Shown here: in pieces, positions 18,586-28,975 of the stretch
Layout of the letters: the number at the start of each line of letters is the position of its first letter
Position numbering within the stretch: position 1 is the stretch's first letter
Origin: an uncultured Solirubrobacterales bacterium
GTDB taxonomy: Bacteria > Actinomycetota > Thermoleophilia > Solirubrobacterales > Solirubrobacteraceae
DNA: 64,000 nt
Assembly (NCBI GenBank): GCA_963814085.1
Contig: CAWFBP010000002.1
Span: 725,754 to 789,753 of the forward strand
Reading direction: 5' to 3'
The notes under the pieces: model-generated
What the model saw: the letters and a program-made list of their open reading frames with translations, nothing else
Told to the model about the DNA's origin: nothing
Database searches by the model: none
Position numbers and translations under genes: made by a program

Positions 18586-21500
18586 TCACTCCCCACTTAG
18601 CTCCCACGAGCCATCTGTGCTGTATGTAAAGAAATTTTCCCAGGTGTCCGCCGATCCATTACCGGTACAGTGCCATTGCGGCGTGAATCCGGGATATATT
18701 ACTTCGTTGAGCGCGCCCATCCCATAGACTCTCCCCCACGACCACGCACGATAGTTGACGCCCGTAGAGCAAAACACCCGGTATAGGTAGGCCGCATTTT
18801 CCTTGGTATCGGCCCATGCTTGGCCTCGGCCCCTCTTGCCATTAGAGTGGTTACATGCGACTTCGCTCGTTCCGTTATATTCCTCAAAAATGCACACTTG
18901 GACTTCAAAGCCAGCGACCTTTTTTGTACATTTATAATTAGCAACGGCCCAGAGTTCATTTCCAAATGGTTCCCCAAACCTCACGATCATCTTGCATAGG
19001 TCATGATTTATCGCAGCACACGCTCCTGTACCGGAGCATCCGCCGCCGCCGCCGCCACCACCACCACCTTCTTCTACGCCTCCACCGCTTTCTTCTCCGC
19101 TTTCCGGCACCGGTATCGCTCCCGGTGGCTGTTCTGCGATTTCTCGGTTTCGCCTTTCTTGTTCTGCGGCCGCGAGTTCGCGGGCGACTCCTTCTCCAAC
19201 CTTTGACCCGACCCATGCTTCGATTGTCCTGGTGAAGGGTGTGTCCTCGTTTTCGGGTGCGGGGAGTGAGACGCCCTCGGTCTGTAGCGGGCGCCCAGTC
19301 TGCGGGACGTAGGTGACGCCGTCTTGGGTGATCACGCCGGATGGGAGTTCGCCGGCGACGCCGGCACTACCGAGCCAGGCGTACTTGGGGGGTGCTTCTT
19401 TCCCGTTGGGAACCCCAAATTCAGTGCTGTTGTAGGTTTTCAGGAGTTTAGTTTCGGTTTCGCTGAGAGCGGCTTCCCCGATGACGTCGCCCTTGAGGTC
19501 ATGCAACAGGAGCACGACCGCGCCGCCGGTTTTCCCTTCTCCCTTCTGCGTTGCGGTGAGGGCTCCGCCGAGGCCGGGAATGTTGCGCGTCCATTTTTCT
19601 TTTTCCCCTGTGCCTTCGCCTGCCCATGCGAGGGCGCCGCTGGATCCGTCGTAGTGGGAGATCACGGTCGAGTCCACCGGTTTGCCGGTGGAGATCGTTT
19701 CGAGCGTGCGCTCTTCCGGGTCGAGCTTGTATTCGATTTTCTGTTCGCCCTGTTCCTGTTTGTAGACCTGGCCGTCGAGGTAGTATTCACTCGTCAGCGC
19801 CGAGCCGCCGGCATCGGCCGCAGGTAGTTTGGTCGTGTTCCCAAACGTTTCGTAGGTGACTTCTGGGTCGGCAAGGGTGTTGGCGGTGTCGTAGGTGTGC
19901 CATTCGGTGTTGCCGCCTTCGCTTGCGCATTTGCCTTCTGTGCCGGGTTCGCGGGTCGTCTCGGTCGTGCGGTTGCTGTCTTCGTCGTAGTTGTAGATGC
20001 GGGTTTTGCAGCCTTCGCCAGTGGGGATTTCCTGTGTTTGCGTGAGTCGTCCGGCGGCGTCATAGGTGTAGCTGGGCTCTTCGGAGAGTGTGCTTGTTTG
20101 CTTCAGCGTTTCGCCGTGGATTGAGGGGACTATGGTGTCGGTGTACCAGACTTCAGGGCAGGTTTTGGCGCAGTGCACCGTCTTCTTGTATTCGATTCCT
20201 GTCGTTTCGCCGGTCTGGTTGTGGGTGTAGGAGGCGGTCATTCCGTTGGGGTAGGTCTCGGTGGTCATCTTGCCCGCTACATCGTAGTTCGCGGTGAACG
20301 TTCCTGCGGCTGAGTCGACCAGTTCGCTTAGGGCGCCGGTTGTTTCGTTGTAGTGGTAGGTCTGGCTGCCCTTGCTATCGCTCATCTTGACCAGGCGCGC
20401 GTCCTTTTCTTTTTCGTATTCGAACGTCGCTGTGTTCCCGTCGGCGTCGGTGTAGGTTTCGAGCTGTCCAAGGGTGTTGTACTTGTTAGTGATCGTCTTG
20501 GTCGGTTCTCCGACGACCGTGGTGCTCTGTTCTTCAAGCGCGCCGCTCGTTTTGTTGTATTTGTCGGTCACCTTCGGTATTTCCTTGTCGATGCTTGATG
20601 TCTCTTCGCTGGTCAATGGGCGCCCGATGGTATCATAGGTTGTCTTTTTCGTGCGTATCTTGGCTTCTGTCCCCGACCCAAATGTTTCTTCGGTCTTTTC
20701 TGGCTGGTCCCACATGTTGTATCTGATCGTCGTGACCGGGAGTTCGGGTAGGCCTTTGACACCCGGCTGTGCCGCTGGCTCGGTCTCGCATGGTAGACCC
20801 GCCCATTCTGGGTGTTCTCGACAGGTCGTGGTTTCCGCTTCGCCTTTTGCGGTGTAGTAGATCGTCTTGGTGTCGTGGGCGCCCGCGTTGCCCGTTATAG
20901 CCGGACCCCAGTGGTCGATCCGGTCGTTGTATACGTCGGCGATGTAGACTTCTCCACTCGACGTGACGGCGAGTCCCCACGCGGATTCGAACTGGCCGGC
21001 TCCTGTGCCCTTCGAGCCTGCGGCGGACACGAATGTCCCTGTTGACGTGAACTTTTGGAGTCGGCCTACTTTGGCATCTGTCACCCAGATATTTCCAGCG
21101 CTGTCGATCGCGATCCCCTTTGGTTCCTCGAATTGGCCGTTGCCGGGGCCGTTGCTGCCTACCTTGGCTAGGAATTCGCCGCTTTCGCCGAACTCTTGAA
21201 TTCGACTGTTGCCCGGGTCTGCTACCCAGACGTGTCCAGTCGTGGATACCGCGATGCCGCGTGGTTCGGAGAGCTGCCCGTTGCCCGAGCCGGCGAGGCC
21301 CGCGCGACATTCGGTTGCTTTGATGCAGGTTTGGAGTTTGGCTTCGCCGTTACTCACTCCGAACCCGAACGTCGAGCTGAATTCGCCTTTTTCATTGAAC
21401 TTCTCGATCCTGTTGTTGCCTGCGTCGACGACGAAGATAGTGCCGCTAGCTGTCACGGCTATAGCCTTTGGTTCTTTGAACTGGTCGCCGGCTGTGCCTT

Positions 21501-24500
21501 CGGAGCCGAACTGTGATACGTATTCATGTTTGCTGTTGAACTCCTCGATCCTGTCGTTGCCGCTATCGGCGACCCATATGTTTCCTTTGGAGTCGACGGC
21601 GAGGCCGTAGGGTGAAGAGAGCTGTCCGTTGCCTTTCCCGGCGGCGGCGAAGGTAGCAGCATAGCTGCCCGATGGTGTGAATTCCTCGATGCGTGAGTTG
21701 CCCGTATCGAGAACGTAGATGTTGCCGTTTGGGGCTAAAGCCGTTGCTCTGGGTTCTTTCAATTGGCCGGGTTCTGACCCTGCTTTGCCGAACTCCGAGA
21801 GGTACGCGGGCGGCACCGAGGCGTCTCCTCCGGCTGCCGCTGGTCCTTGCGTTTCGATCACGTTGCCAGTGCTTTCTTCGTACTTCGTCGTGCTTGTCAG
21901 GTTCAACCCGCCCGGGTCGGTCGTCACCGACGTCGGCTCGCGGAGTTTCCACCCGAAGTCCGACTGGCCACTGTATGAGGTCATGGCGGTACGCTGGTCG
22001 AATTCTTCTTTGCTCGCGGTTTCCGCACCGTCGATCGTCTTGGTGACGAGATCATACGTTTCTTTTGTTTTTTCTTCGACTTCTTTCGCGCCTTCGTCGT
22101 AGAAGTATTTGACGTGGTTGCGCGCCAGGACTTCTTCGTCGGGTTTTTCCTTGCCGACGGCGAGCCTGACCGTGTGCTGCGGACCCCACGTATCGGTGAG
22201 CTGCCCTTCGCTGTTATACGCGCTTTTCGTGTCAAGTAGTTCCGAGACTTCAGCCGACTTGCATTCTTTTTTGGATACGGATATGCATCCTTCGTTCATA
22301 GCCCTAGCGCGGTTGTCGGCGCTTAGGCTACGCGCAACGGCGTTTTCTTCGTTGTATTCCTCGGTTGAGATCCCACCGGACGGTGAGGCGACGTTGATGG
22401 TACGGGCTCGGCTGTCCAGGTACTCGATGCTCGCGCGTTTGTAGCCGGTTGCCGGCCAGCTCTGCGGTTCGTCGGGGGGAAAGATCGCTGTCGCGTATTC
22501 CGGGTTGTCTTTCTGCCCCCACTTCGCGACTTCGCCTTCGGTCATCGTCGGCAGCCCCGACCCTGAGCGCGGCACGTTGTACTCGATCGTCGTGCCCGGC
22601 TGCGGGGTTTGTGTTTCGCCTGGGGTAGTGATCTCCCCGATCTTGCCAGTCCCCATCTCGGCAAGCCATACCGCGCTGTCCGGTCCGGCCGTGATACCTG
22701 CTGGGTCACTGCCCGCCGGAAGAGGATACTCGCTGGATGTGCCGGATGTGGTGATCCTCCCGATTTTACTCGTGCCGGCTGTAAACCATAGGTCGCCTTC
22801 CGGGCCTGTGGTGATATTCAAGGGGCTGCTGCCGGTCACGGAGTATTCGCTGATCGTGCCCGTTGTTGTGATCTTCCCAATCTTACCGTCTTCCTCAGCG
22901 AACCATAGGTTGCCGTCCGGGCCTGCGATGATCCCTGCCGGTTCGCTGCCTTTGGGGAGTTCGTATTCGGTGATCGTCCCCGAGGTGGTTATCTTCCCCA
23001 CCTTGCTGGTAGCGCGGTCTGTAAACCATAGCGCTCCTTCTTTGGAGGGACCGGGAGTTATCCCGTACGGGTGGCTTCCTGTCGGCAGTGAATATTCGCT
23101 GATGGTACCCGAGGTCGTGATCTTCCCGATCTTGCCGGCGGTTTCCATCGTGAACCATAGGTTGCCGTCTTGTCCCGCTGTGATCTCGCGCAGAGTGGCA
23201 CCCGACGGAACCCTATACGCGGTTGTGCTTCCAGATGTGGTAATCTTTCCTATCGCTTCGCCGCAAACATCGGTGAACCAAAGCGCGTTTTCGCTTGTCG
23301 GCCCAGGCGTAATGTAATTGGGGCCGCAAAATGGGCTTGGTAGTTTGTATTTTGTTACTGCCCCGGATGGCGTCACCTTGCTGATAGCATCCTCATACTC
23401 CTGCGTGAGCCAAAGATTCCCGTCAGCGCCCGCCGCAATACCAAAGTATGCTTCTCCGACGGAGTATTCCGTGACGTGAGACTGCACTTCGCTGCTTGCC
23501 ACGCTCGTCGCAACCACCGAACCTCCTCCATTCGTCGCCGTCACGAGCGCGACCAACTTACGCCCGACGTCACCTTCCGCCGGCGTGTAGCTCGCGTTAT
23601 CTGCCTCGGGGATAGGGGTGCACTCCTCGCCATAGGCGTTGCAGTCCTCCCACTGGTAGGAGTACGCAACGGGTTCGTTACCCCATACACCACTTGACAC
23701 ATCTACCGTTATCCCAACGATTGCGGCACCTGACAGTTTTGGCGTTTCCGTGTTCTTCGGCGCTTCGCCTTTCCACAATTTCGCCGATGCGGGAGCCCGC
23801 GCCACCTTCATTAGCCTACCCGTACTGGAATCACCCGGGATCGTTCCATACGTAAATGCCCACGACTCTTGCCCAGGGGACGTCAGCGCCGTCACATGAC
23901 CTTCCGCGTCATACCCATAGATAGTCTTCAACGCAGGCGTGGTTTCCGGATTGAACTCCGCGCGTAAGCGACCGAGCCTGTCGTATTCGTACTTGGCTAC
24001 AGCGGTTTTGGCCATAGCTTTGCTGGATGGGTTGTACGCGATGAACTCGACTTCCTCGAGTCGTCCCCTGTATTCACCCCATTCGCTTTCGCTTTCGCCG
24101 ATAGTTTCCTTTGTTTTGTGGGCGTAAACGAATTCCAGCCCGCGGCATGCCTTTTCCCATTTTTCCCATTCACCCGCCGGGCAAGACGCAGACGTATGGG
24201 GAGCGAGCTCCAACTTCGGCTCGACGATCGAGCCCGACGTAGTGGTCATCCCAATCTTGCTTGAACCAGCCTCGGTGTACCAGAGGTTCCCTTCCGGGCC
24301 CGGTGCTATGCCCCAAGGGGAACTAGTTCCCGCTGGTAACGAATATTCAGTGACGATACCCGCGGGTGACATCTTTGCGATTTTGTCAAAGTTTTCCTCG
24401 GTGAACCAGAGATCTCCTTCGGGACCCTCAGCGATATCCCGGAGCCTGTCATATTCTCCTGGTACATAGTATTCGGTGAGGACGCCCGACGGCGTCATCT

Positions 24501-27500
24501 TCGTAATAGAGTTGTCCACTCCGTAGAGCCCGGTGGAGTCGGTGAACCAGAGGTCGCCTTCGGGACCCTCAATGATGTCTTCAGGGTTGCTCGTTTCTGG
24601 CAGCGGGTATTCGGTGGTCGCACCCGACGTTGTGATCTTCCCGATCTTACTGGCGGAGAATCCAAAATTGATATACCAGAGATCTTCTTCAGGACCCTCC
24701 GCGATGCTACCGGGCTCGCTCCCCGAAGCCAGCGAATATTCGGTGATCGTACCCGACGTTGTGATCTTCCCGATCTTACCAGAGCCGTGGTCGGTGTACC
24801 AGAGGTTTCCGTCAGGGCCTGCCGCAATGCCGTACGGATCGCTGCCTGAGGGTAGCGAATATTCGGTGATCGTACCCGATTTTGTGATCCTCCCGATCTT
24901 ACTTGTCTCGTAGTCGGTGTACCAGAGGTTTCCGTCAGGACCCTGCACTATATTGGATGGCTCGCTGCCTGCTGGCATCGAGTATTCGGTGACAGTGCCC
25001 GACGGCGTGCTCTTCCCGATCTTACTGGACTCGTAATCGGCGTACCAAATGTCACCTTCAGGCCCACTAGTGATACCGAAAGGCTCACTTTTTTCAGGCA
25101 GCGAATATTCGGCAGTCGCTTCAACGGATTCGTATGTGTCGGTGACAGTGTCGGTTGCGACCGGGCCTTTGGAGATAGTCGGCATCCAGGAGCGTGCGCC
25201 GCTTGGAAGCGTGAACCCGGTAGTAGTGCCCTTGGCGGCATCCTTCAGCAGGTATTCTTTGTTTGTAGATTCGTATTCGAGGGTCAGGTTCGTGTCCCCC
25301 GCGGGGGCTTCGAACCCACCGCCTTTCTTCACGCTGAAATGGGTCAAGCCTTCTGGGCCGACAACCATCACGCTGCCGTCCGGTAGCACTTCCAGACTCG
25401 CCAAGCTGCCAAGGCTCAAGGTCCACTGCGGACCGAGCGGACTTTCTTCGCCCTCCCTCGGATTGCGCGAATCATAGTGGCGCGTGACTGCCAGTGACCC
25501 CGCCCCACCACTCAGGTCGACATCAGTCGCGCCGAGCGCGAAATCACCGGACTCAGGATTCACAGAGCCCGGCCCCATCGCCACAGGGCTCGCGTGGTAG
25601 ACGTTCAACACGTAGTTCTTGCGTGCGACATTGCCAGCATTGTCAGTCGCAACAACCGTGAGTGTATACGTCCCGACACCAAGTTCAGCGCCGTTGATCG
25701 ACCATTCCCCGCTCGCCGTGCAAGGCCCACGGGGACACGAACCAGCGGGGCTACCGATTTCTTTACCGTCGACGCCCAACGCAATCGACTTGACGCCGGA
25801 GCTCGCAACAGAGCCTTCGCCATCGGTTGCTTCCACCTTGATATGCGCCTCGATTTCGCCGAGTTCGAGTTCTTCGCCGTTACCGGGCAAGCCAGTCAGC
25901 GTGATCCCGTGCGGCGGCGTCGCGTCGATCTTTATCTCACGTTCACCTTCTCCGTATTCAGACGACGAAGTATGTTCAAAAGCATCACTCGCCGACGCCC
26001 GAAACAGCTGTTCGCCTTCAAACACAGTTTGCAACGTAGAATAAGTAAAAACTTCACGCACTTCTTTAGGACACTGAACACCAACACAGGAATAGTCAGG
26101 CTCTGTGTAAAAAGGAGAGAACCAGCCCTCACCTTTATCATAGAACTGAAGAGCCGTCTTAGAGACCCCAACCCCCAGATCCTTCGATATAACTTCGATC
26201 GCGCCCGAGCTCGGGCTAATCCACCCACCGTTGTAAAAGGCATTAGGCGTTTTGTATTCTTTGCCATCGGAAGTGTACGTAATCTCCGGTGAAGTACCAT
26301 AGCTCACTGTTGAATGCGTTTCCTTTGGCTGCGAAAGCGAGAGCGTCGCCGCAAAAATTTCGACTTTATTCCCACCGTTTTCCGACCCAGTGACCTCGTC
26401 CGCAATACGCACCAAATTGTGTTCCGCGCCATTCGCCGACGAGCACCCAGCGCTCGAACATAACTGGTTTTCAGATTTATCCAGATTTTCGTAAGAAGCT
26501 ATCGTCGAGCTGTTTTCATAACCCCCGGAGCCTTCGAATTCCAAATAAACACGAGCCTCAGCACCGAAATGAAAGTTTTCATTTGGCGAGAACCCCATAT
26601 CAGTTTCGATCTTATAGATTTTAGAATCACCGTTAGTTTTATAGTAAAATTCTGCTTGTTGCCCAGGCGAGTCAGTACCTCCCTTCCACATGAAGTCGCG
26701 ACCAGATTCACTGGCATAATGCGTAAATTCGGCACCTGGGGTTTCGTGATAGAACCAAGACCGATCCGAGACTGTACTTTCAGTCAAGAGATCGAATTCA
26801 GGATCCACTGCGATCGGGAACGTCCTAGAACTGTCATCGACACTTAACGTAAGAGTATCCCCCGAAACACCCATCGACACAGGCACAGGCGTACCCGCGG
26901 CATCTCGCGCCTGCGGAGCTGGAATCCTCGCCATCATCGCGCCTTCCTTGACGACCTCAACACCCCCGGAGCCATCCGTCGCCTCAACCAAACTCGCCCC
27001 TTCCGGCATCCCAACTCGAAAGGCGAGCTGCTGCGGACTCTCGACCGAACGCAAGATCGTGTCGACGGCAAAACCCCATGTGCTCGGCTTCACGACGGTA
27101 TCGGTATCCGTCGACGTGTTGGCAAAGAATACCGTCGCACCGTCGACTGCGCCCTCCGAACCAGCCAGCGATGCACCACTTGAGGCCACCGGCGAAACGG
27201 AGAAGCCAATCGCCGGGGCCTGCACCCCTTCGCTGAGCCGCTTCGGTATCCGCGCCGCCACCAACGCGTTCGCCGGCACAAACGCACCACCCACTTCGCT
27301 CAAGCCAAGATCAACCGGAGACCAACCCCCAGACGAGGTCTGTATTGCCATCGGCGCCAGCGTCTGGACGAGCCCGCGTTCCCCATCCCCCAGATTGACC
27401 TGCGCAGCATTTGCGCTGACGTAGCCCGTGATGCTCTGTCCTTCGGGCAGCCGCGGAGGCCCACCATCGGGTTCCTCGATCACCGCCGAGAAGGCTTCAC

Positions 27501-27981
27501 CATCAACCTTCGAAGCCTCTTCCGTGTCCAAACCGGAGAATTTAATGAGTGATTCTTCGCGAACCGCGATCGCTTCCGGATTCATCAGCTTGGCTTCCTG
27601 TTCAGCCTTCAACTGTTCAGCTTCCCCCGGAGCGCCAGGGATAACGAGCGGACTCCTACGCAACGAAACAGACCCCAGCACCTTGGAGAAACGCGCCTTG
27701 GGAACCCTCGGCGCCTTGTGAGCACTCCGGAATCCGCGACCTTGGCCCCGGCGAACGCCCCGATGAGCTCCCCGCAAGCGCGCGCGATGAACAAACCCAG
27801 CAGCGGCAAGCATGCTCGAACCTCCATGCCCAGAAACACCGCTCCGCAACGACGCCCCATACCCCGGCAAATCTCGACCATGCCGCAAAGACCCTGCAGC
27901 CAATCCGGCCACCGGCGAGCCCGCTAACCCCACCAAAGTACACACCAGACATCTTAAACCCAACCCCCGCACGCCACTCAT
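18586..27981 (-). CDS. Giant secreted RHS/YD-repeat protein with two Vgb-like and one NHL beta-propeller
   Basis: GGAGG RBS plus signal peptide; YD repeats (YEYDRLGRL, YTYDAAGRL); repeats GITxGPDGNLWxT...KIGKITTSGTITEY; NHL GQLxEPxGIA; Cys-rich C-terminus. Confidence 0.9.
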   Translation of the reverse strand: MSGVRGLGLRCLVCTLVGLAGSPVAGLAAGSLRHGRDLPGYGASLRSGVSGHGGSSMLAAAGFVHRARLRGAHRGVRRGQGRGFRSAHKAPRVPKARFSKVLGSVSLRRSPLVIPGAPGEAEQLKAEQEAKLMNPEAIAVREESLIKFSGLDTEEASKVDGEAFSAVIEEPDGGPPRLPEGQSITGYVSANAAQVNLGDGERGLVQTLAPMAIQTSSGGWSPVDLGLSEVGGAFVPANALVAARIPKRLSEGVQAPAIGFSVSPVASSGASLAGSEGAVDGATVFFANTSTDTDTVVKPSTWGFAVDTILRSVESPQQLAFRVGMPEGASLVEATDGSGGVEVVKEGAMMARIPAPQARDAAGTPVPVSMGVSGDTLTLSVDDSSRTFPIAVDPEFDLLTESTVSDRSWFYHETPGAEFTHYASESGRDFMWKGGTDSPGQQAEFYYKTNGDSKIYKIETDMGFSPNENFHFGAEARVYLEFEGSGGYENSSTIASYENLDKSENQLCSSAGCSSANGAEHNLVRIADEVTGSENGGNKVEIFAATLSLSQPKETHSTVSYGTSPEITYTSDGKEYKTPNAFYNGGWISPSSGAIEVISKDLGVGVSKTALQFYDKGEGWFSPFYTEPDYSCVGVQCPKEVREVFTYSTLQTVFEGEQLFRASASDAFEHTSSSEYGEGEREIKIDATPPHGITLTGLPGNGEELELGEIEAHIKVEATDGEGSVASSGVKSIALGVDGKEIGSPAGSCPRGPCTASGEWSINGAELGVGTYTLTVVATDNAGNVARKNYVLNVYHASPVAMGPGSVNPESGDFALGATDVDLSGGAGSLAVTRHYDSRNPREGEESPLGPQWTLSLGSLASLEVLPDGSVMVVGPEGLTHFSVKKGGGFEAPAGDTNLTLEYESTNKEYLLKDAAKGTTTGFTLPSGARSWMPTISKGPVATDTVTDTYESVEATAEYSLPEKSEPFGITSGPEGDIWYADYESSKIGKSTPSGTVTEYSMPAGSEPSNIVQGPDGNLWYTDYETSKIGRITKSGTITEYSLPSGSDPYGIAAGPDGNLWYTDHGSGKIGKITTSGTITEYSLASGSEPGSIAEGPEEDLWYINFGFSASKIGKITTSGATTEYPLPETSNPEDIIEGPEGDLWFTDSTGLYGVDNSITKMTPSGVLTEYYVPGEYDRLRDIAEGPEGDLWFTEENFDKIAKMSPAGIVTEYSLPAGTSSPWGIAPGPEGNLWYTEAGSSKIGMTTTSGSIVEPKLELAPHTSASCPAGEWEKWEKACRGLEFVYAHKTKETIGESESEWGEYRGRLEEVEFIAYNPSSKAMAKTAVAKYEYDRLGRLRAEFNPETTPALKTIYGYDAEGHVTALTSPGQESWAFTYGTIPGDSSTGRLMKVARAPASAKLWKGEAPKNTETPKLSGAAIVGITVDVSSGVWGNEPVAYSYQWEDCNAYGEECTPIPEADNASYTPAEGDVGRKLVALVTATNGGGSVVATSVASSEVQSHVTEYSVGEAYFGIAAGADGNLWLTQEYEDAISKVTPSGAVTKYKLPSPFCGPNYITPGPTSENALWFTDVCGEAIGKITTSGSTTAYRVPSGATLREITAGQDGNLWFTMETAGKIGKITTSGTISEYSLPTGSHPYGITPGPSKEGALWFTDRATSKVGKITTSGTITEYELPKGSEPAGIIAGPDGNLWFAEEDGKIGKITTTGTISEYSVTGSSPLNITTGPEGDLWFTAGTSKIGRITTSGTSSEYPLPAGSDPAGITAGPDSAVWLAEMGTGKIGEITTPGETQTPQPGTTIEYNVPRSGSGLPTMTEGEVAKWGQKDNPEYATAIFPPDEPQSWPATGYKRASIEYLDSRARTINVASPSGGISTEEYNEENAVARSLSADNRARAMNEGCISVSKKECKSAEVSELLDTKSAYNSEGQLTDTWGPQHTVRLAVGKEKPDEEVLARNHVKYFYDEGAKEVEEKTKETYDLVTKTIDGAETASKEEFDQRTAMTSYSGQSDFGWKLREPTSVTTDPGGLNLTSTTKYEESTGNVIETQGPAAAGGDASVPPAYLSEFGKAGSEPGQLKEPRATALAPNGNIYVLDTGNSRIEEFTPSGSYAATFAAAGKGNGQLSSPYGLAVDSKGNIWVADSGNDRIEEFNSKHEYVSQFGSEGTAGDQFKEPKAIAVTASGTIFVVDAGNNRIEKFNEKGEFSSTFGFGVSNGEAKLQTCIKATECRAGLAGSGNGQLSEPRGIAVSTTGHVWVADPGNSRIQEFGESGEFLAKVGSNGPGNGQFEEPKGIAIDSAGNIWVTDAKVGRLQKFTSTGTFVSAAGSKGTGAGQFESAWGLAVTSSGEVYIADVYNDRIDHWGPAITGNAGAHDTKTIYYTAKGEAETTTCREHPEWAGLPCETEPAAQPGVKGLPELPVTTIRYNMWDQPEKTEETFGSGTEAKIRTKKTTYDTIGRPLTSEETSSIDKEIPKVTDKYNKTSGALEEQSTTVVGEPTKTITNKYNTLGQLETYTDADGNTATFEYEKEKDARLVKMSDSKGSQTYHYNETTGALSELVDSAAGTFTANYDVAGKMTTETYPNGMTASYTHNQTGETTGIEYKKTVHCAKTCPEVWYTDTIVPSIHGETLKQTSTLSEEPSYTYDAAGRLTQTQEIPTGEGCKTRIYNYDEDSNRTTETTREPGTEGKCASEGGNTEWHTYDTANTLADPEVTYETFGNTTKLPAADAGGSALTSEYYLDGQVYKQEQGEQKIEYKLDPEERTLETISTGKPVDSTVISHYDGSSGALAWAGEGTGEKEKWTRNIPGLGGALTATQKGEGKTGGAVVLLLHDLKGDVIGEAALSETETKLLKTYNSTEFGVPNGKEAPPKYAWLGSAGVAGELPSGVITQDGVTYVPQTGRPLQTEGVSLPAPENEDTPFTRTIEAWVGSKVGEGVARELAAAEQERRNREIAEQPPGAIPVPESGEESGGGVEEGGGGGGGGGGCSGTGACAAINHDLCKMIVRFGEPFGNELWAVANYKCTKKVAGFEVQVCIFEEYNGTSEVACNHSNGKRGRGQAWADTKENAAYLYRVFCSTGVNYRAWSWGRVYGMGALNEVIYPGFTPQWHCTGNGSADTWENFFTYSTDGSWELSGE

Positions 27982-28168
27982 CCCGTCTCCTCCGTTGGTT
28001 GCCAGCTCACCCGTCGCGACACCCGCCGCACGGTCGAGAAACACCGCGCTGCACATATCCGAGGCAGCCTAACCACCAGCGATCCTAGGATACAACAGGT
28101 GCTTCTCACTACCCAAAACCCTCTTGAAAAGTCGGCGGCAGCGCGACTAACCGGGCGCAGACCACACT

Positions 28169-28972
28169 TCATGTCCAATCCACCTGATCCAAACCGATCT
28201 CCCGAGCCGCAGCGAGGACCTTGGGGCCAAATCCCTCCAACAGCTCCTTGCAGGAGTAAGCTCCCGCCGGAACCACCAGCTCGACCGCCGCAACCGGCCC
28301 ACCCTCCACGTTCATCACGGCAGCTGCGATTGCGCGCCTGCCGGCTGAGAGCTCTTCATCCTCGACCGCTACCCCGTTCTCGGCAACGATCCGCTCAAGC
28401 TCTGCGCCCAGCGAGGTCTTGGTCACGATCGCCTTGGGCATACGCCGCGTGAGGCGTAGTTCCGTAAGCAGAGCTTGCTGCTCTGCTGCGGGCAGGCGTG
28501 CCAGCAGCGCCTTACCTGCGGCGGTGCAGTGGACGGGCAGGCGAGTGCTCAACCCAATACCCTCATCGACTTTGTACTGCCCTTGGCGGACCCCCTGCCA
28601 TCGATCGATATAGGCAACCTCGGTATCCGCTAGTACTGCCAGGCTGGCGGTATGCCCGGTCCGCGCCCTAAGCTCCCTCAGAGGCTTGTGGGCGACCTGG
28701 CGAATCGGCATCGAGTCGAGCATTGCGACTCCGATGTCCCACACGCGGGAGGAGAGCCGGTACTTACGCGAAGGTCCCTGTTCGAGATAACCAAGCGCTA
28801 CCAATGTTGAGGCGTACCGGTGGGTGGTGGAGCGGTTCTGCTCGAGCGCGTCGGCCATTTCAGCGATGCCGCGTACCGGGTGCTCGGGGGTGAAGCACCT
28901 CAGCATCGGAAGCCCGGCGACCAGCGAGGAGGAGAACTTGCCGGGATTCTCTGGATCAAGAGGCTTGGACAT
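28169..28972 (-). CDS. IclR-family transcriptional regulator
   Basis: HTH RSTTHRYASTLVALGYL; LPVHCTAAGKALLA signature. Confidence 0.92.
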   Translation of the reverse strand: MSKPLDPENPGKFSSSLVAGLPMLRCFTPEHPVRGIAEMADALEQNRSTTHRYASTLVALGYLEQGPSRKYRLSSRVWDIGVAMLDSMPIRQVAHKPLRELRARTGHTASLAVLADTEVAYIDRWQGVRQGQYKVDEGIGLSTRLPVHCTAAGKALLARLPAAEQQALLTELRLTRRMPKAIVTKTSLGAELERIVAENGVAVEDEELSAGRRAIAAAVMNVEGGPVAAVELVVPAGAYSCKELLEGFGPKVLAAAREIGLDQVDWT

Positions 28973-28975
28973 CGC

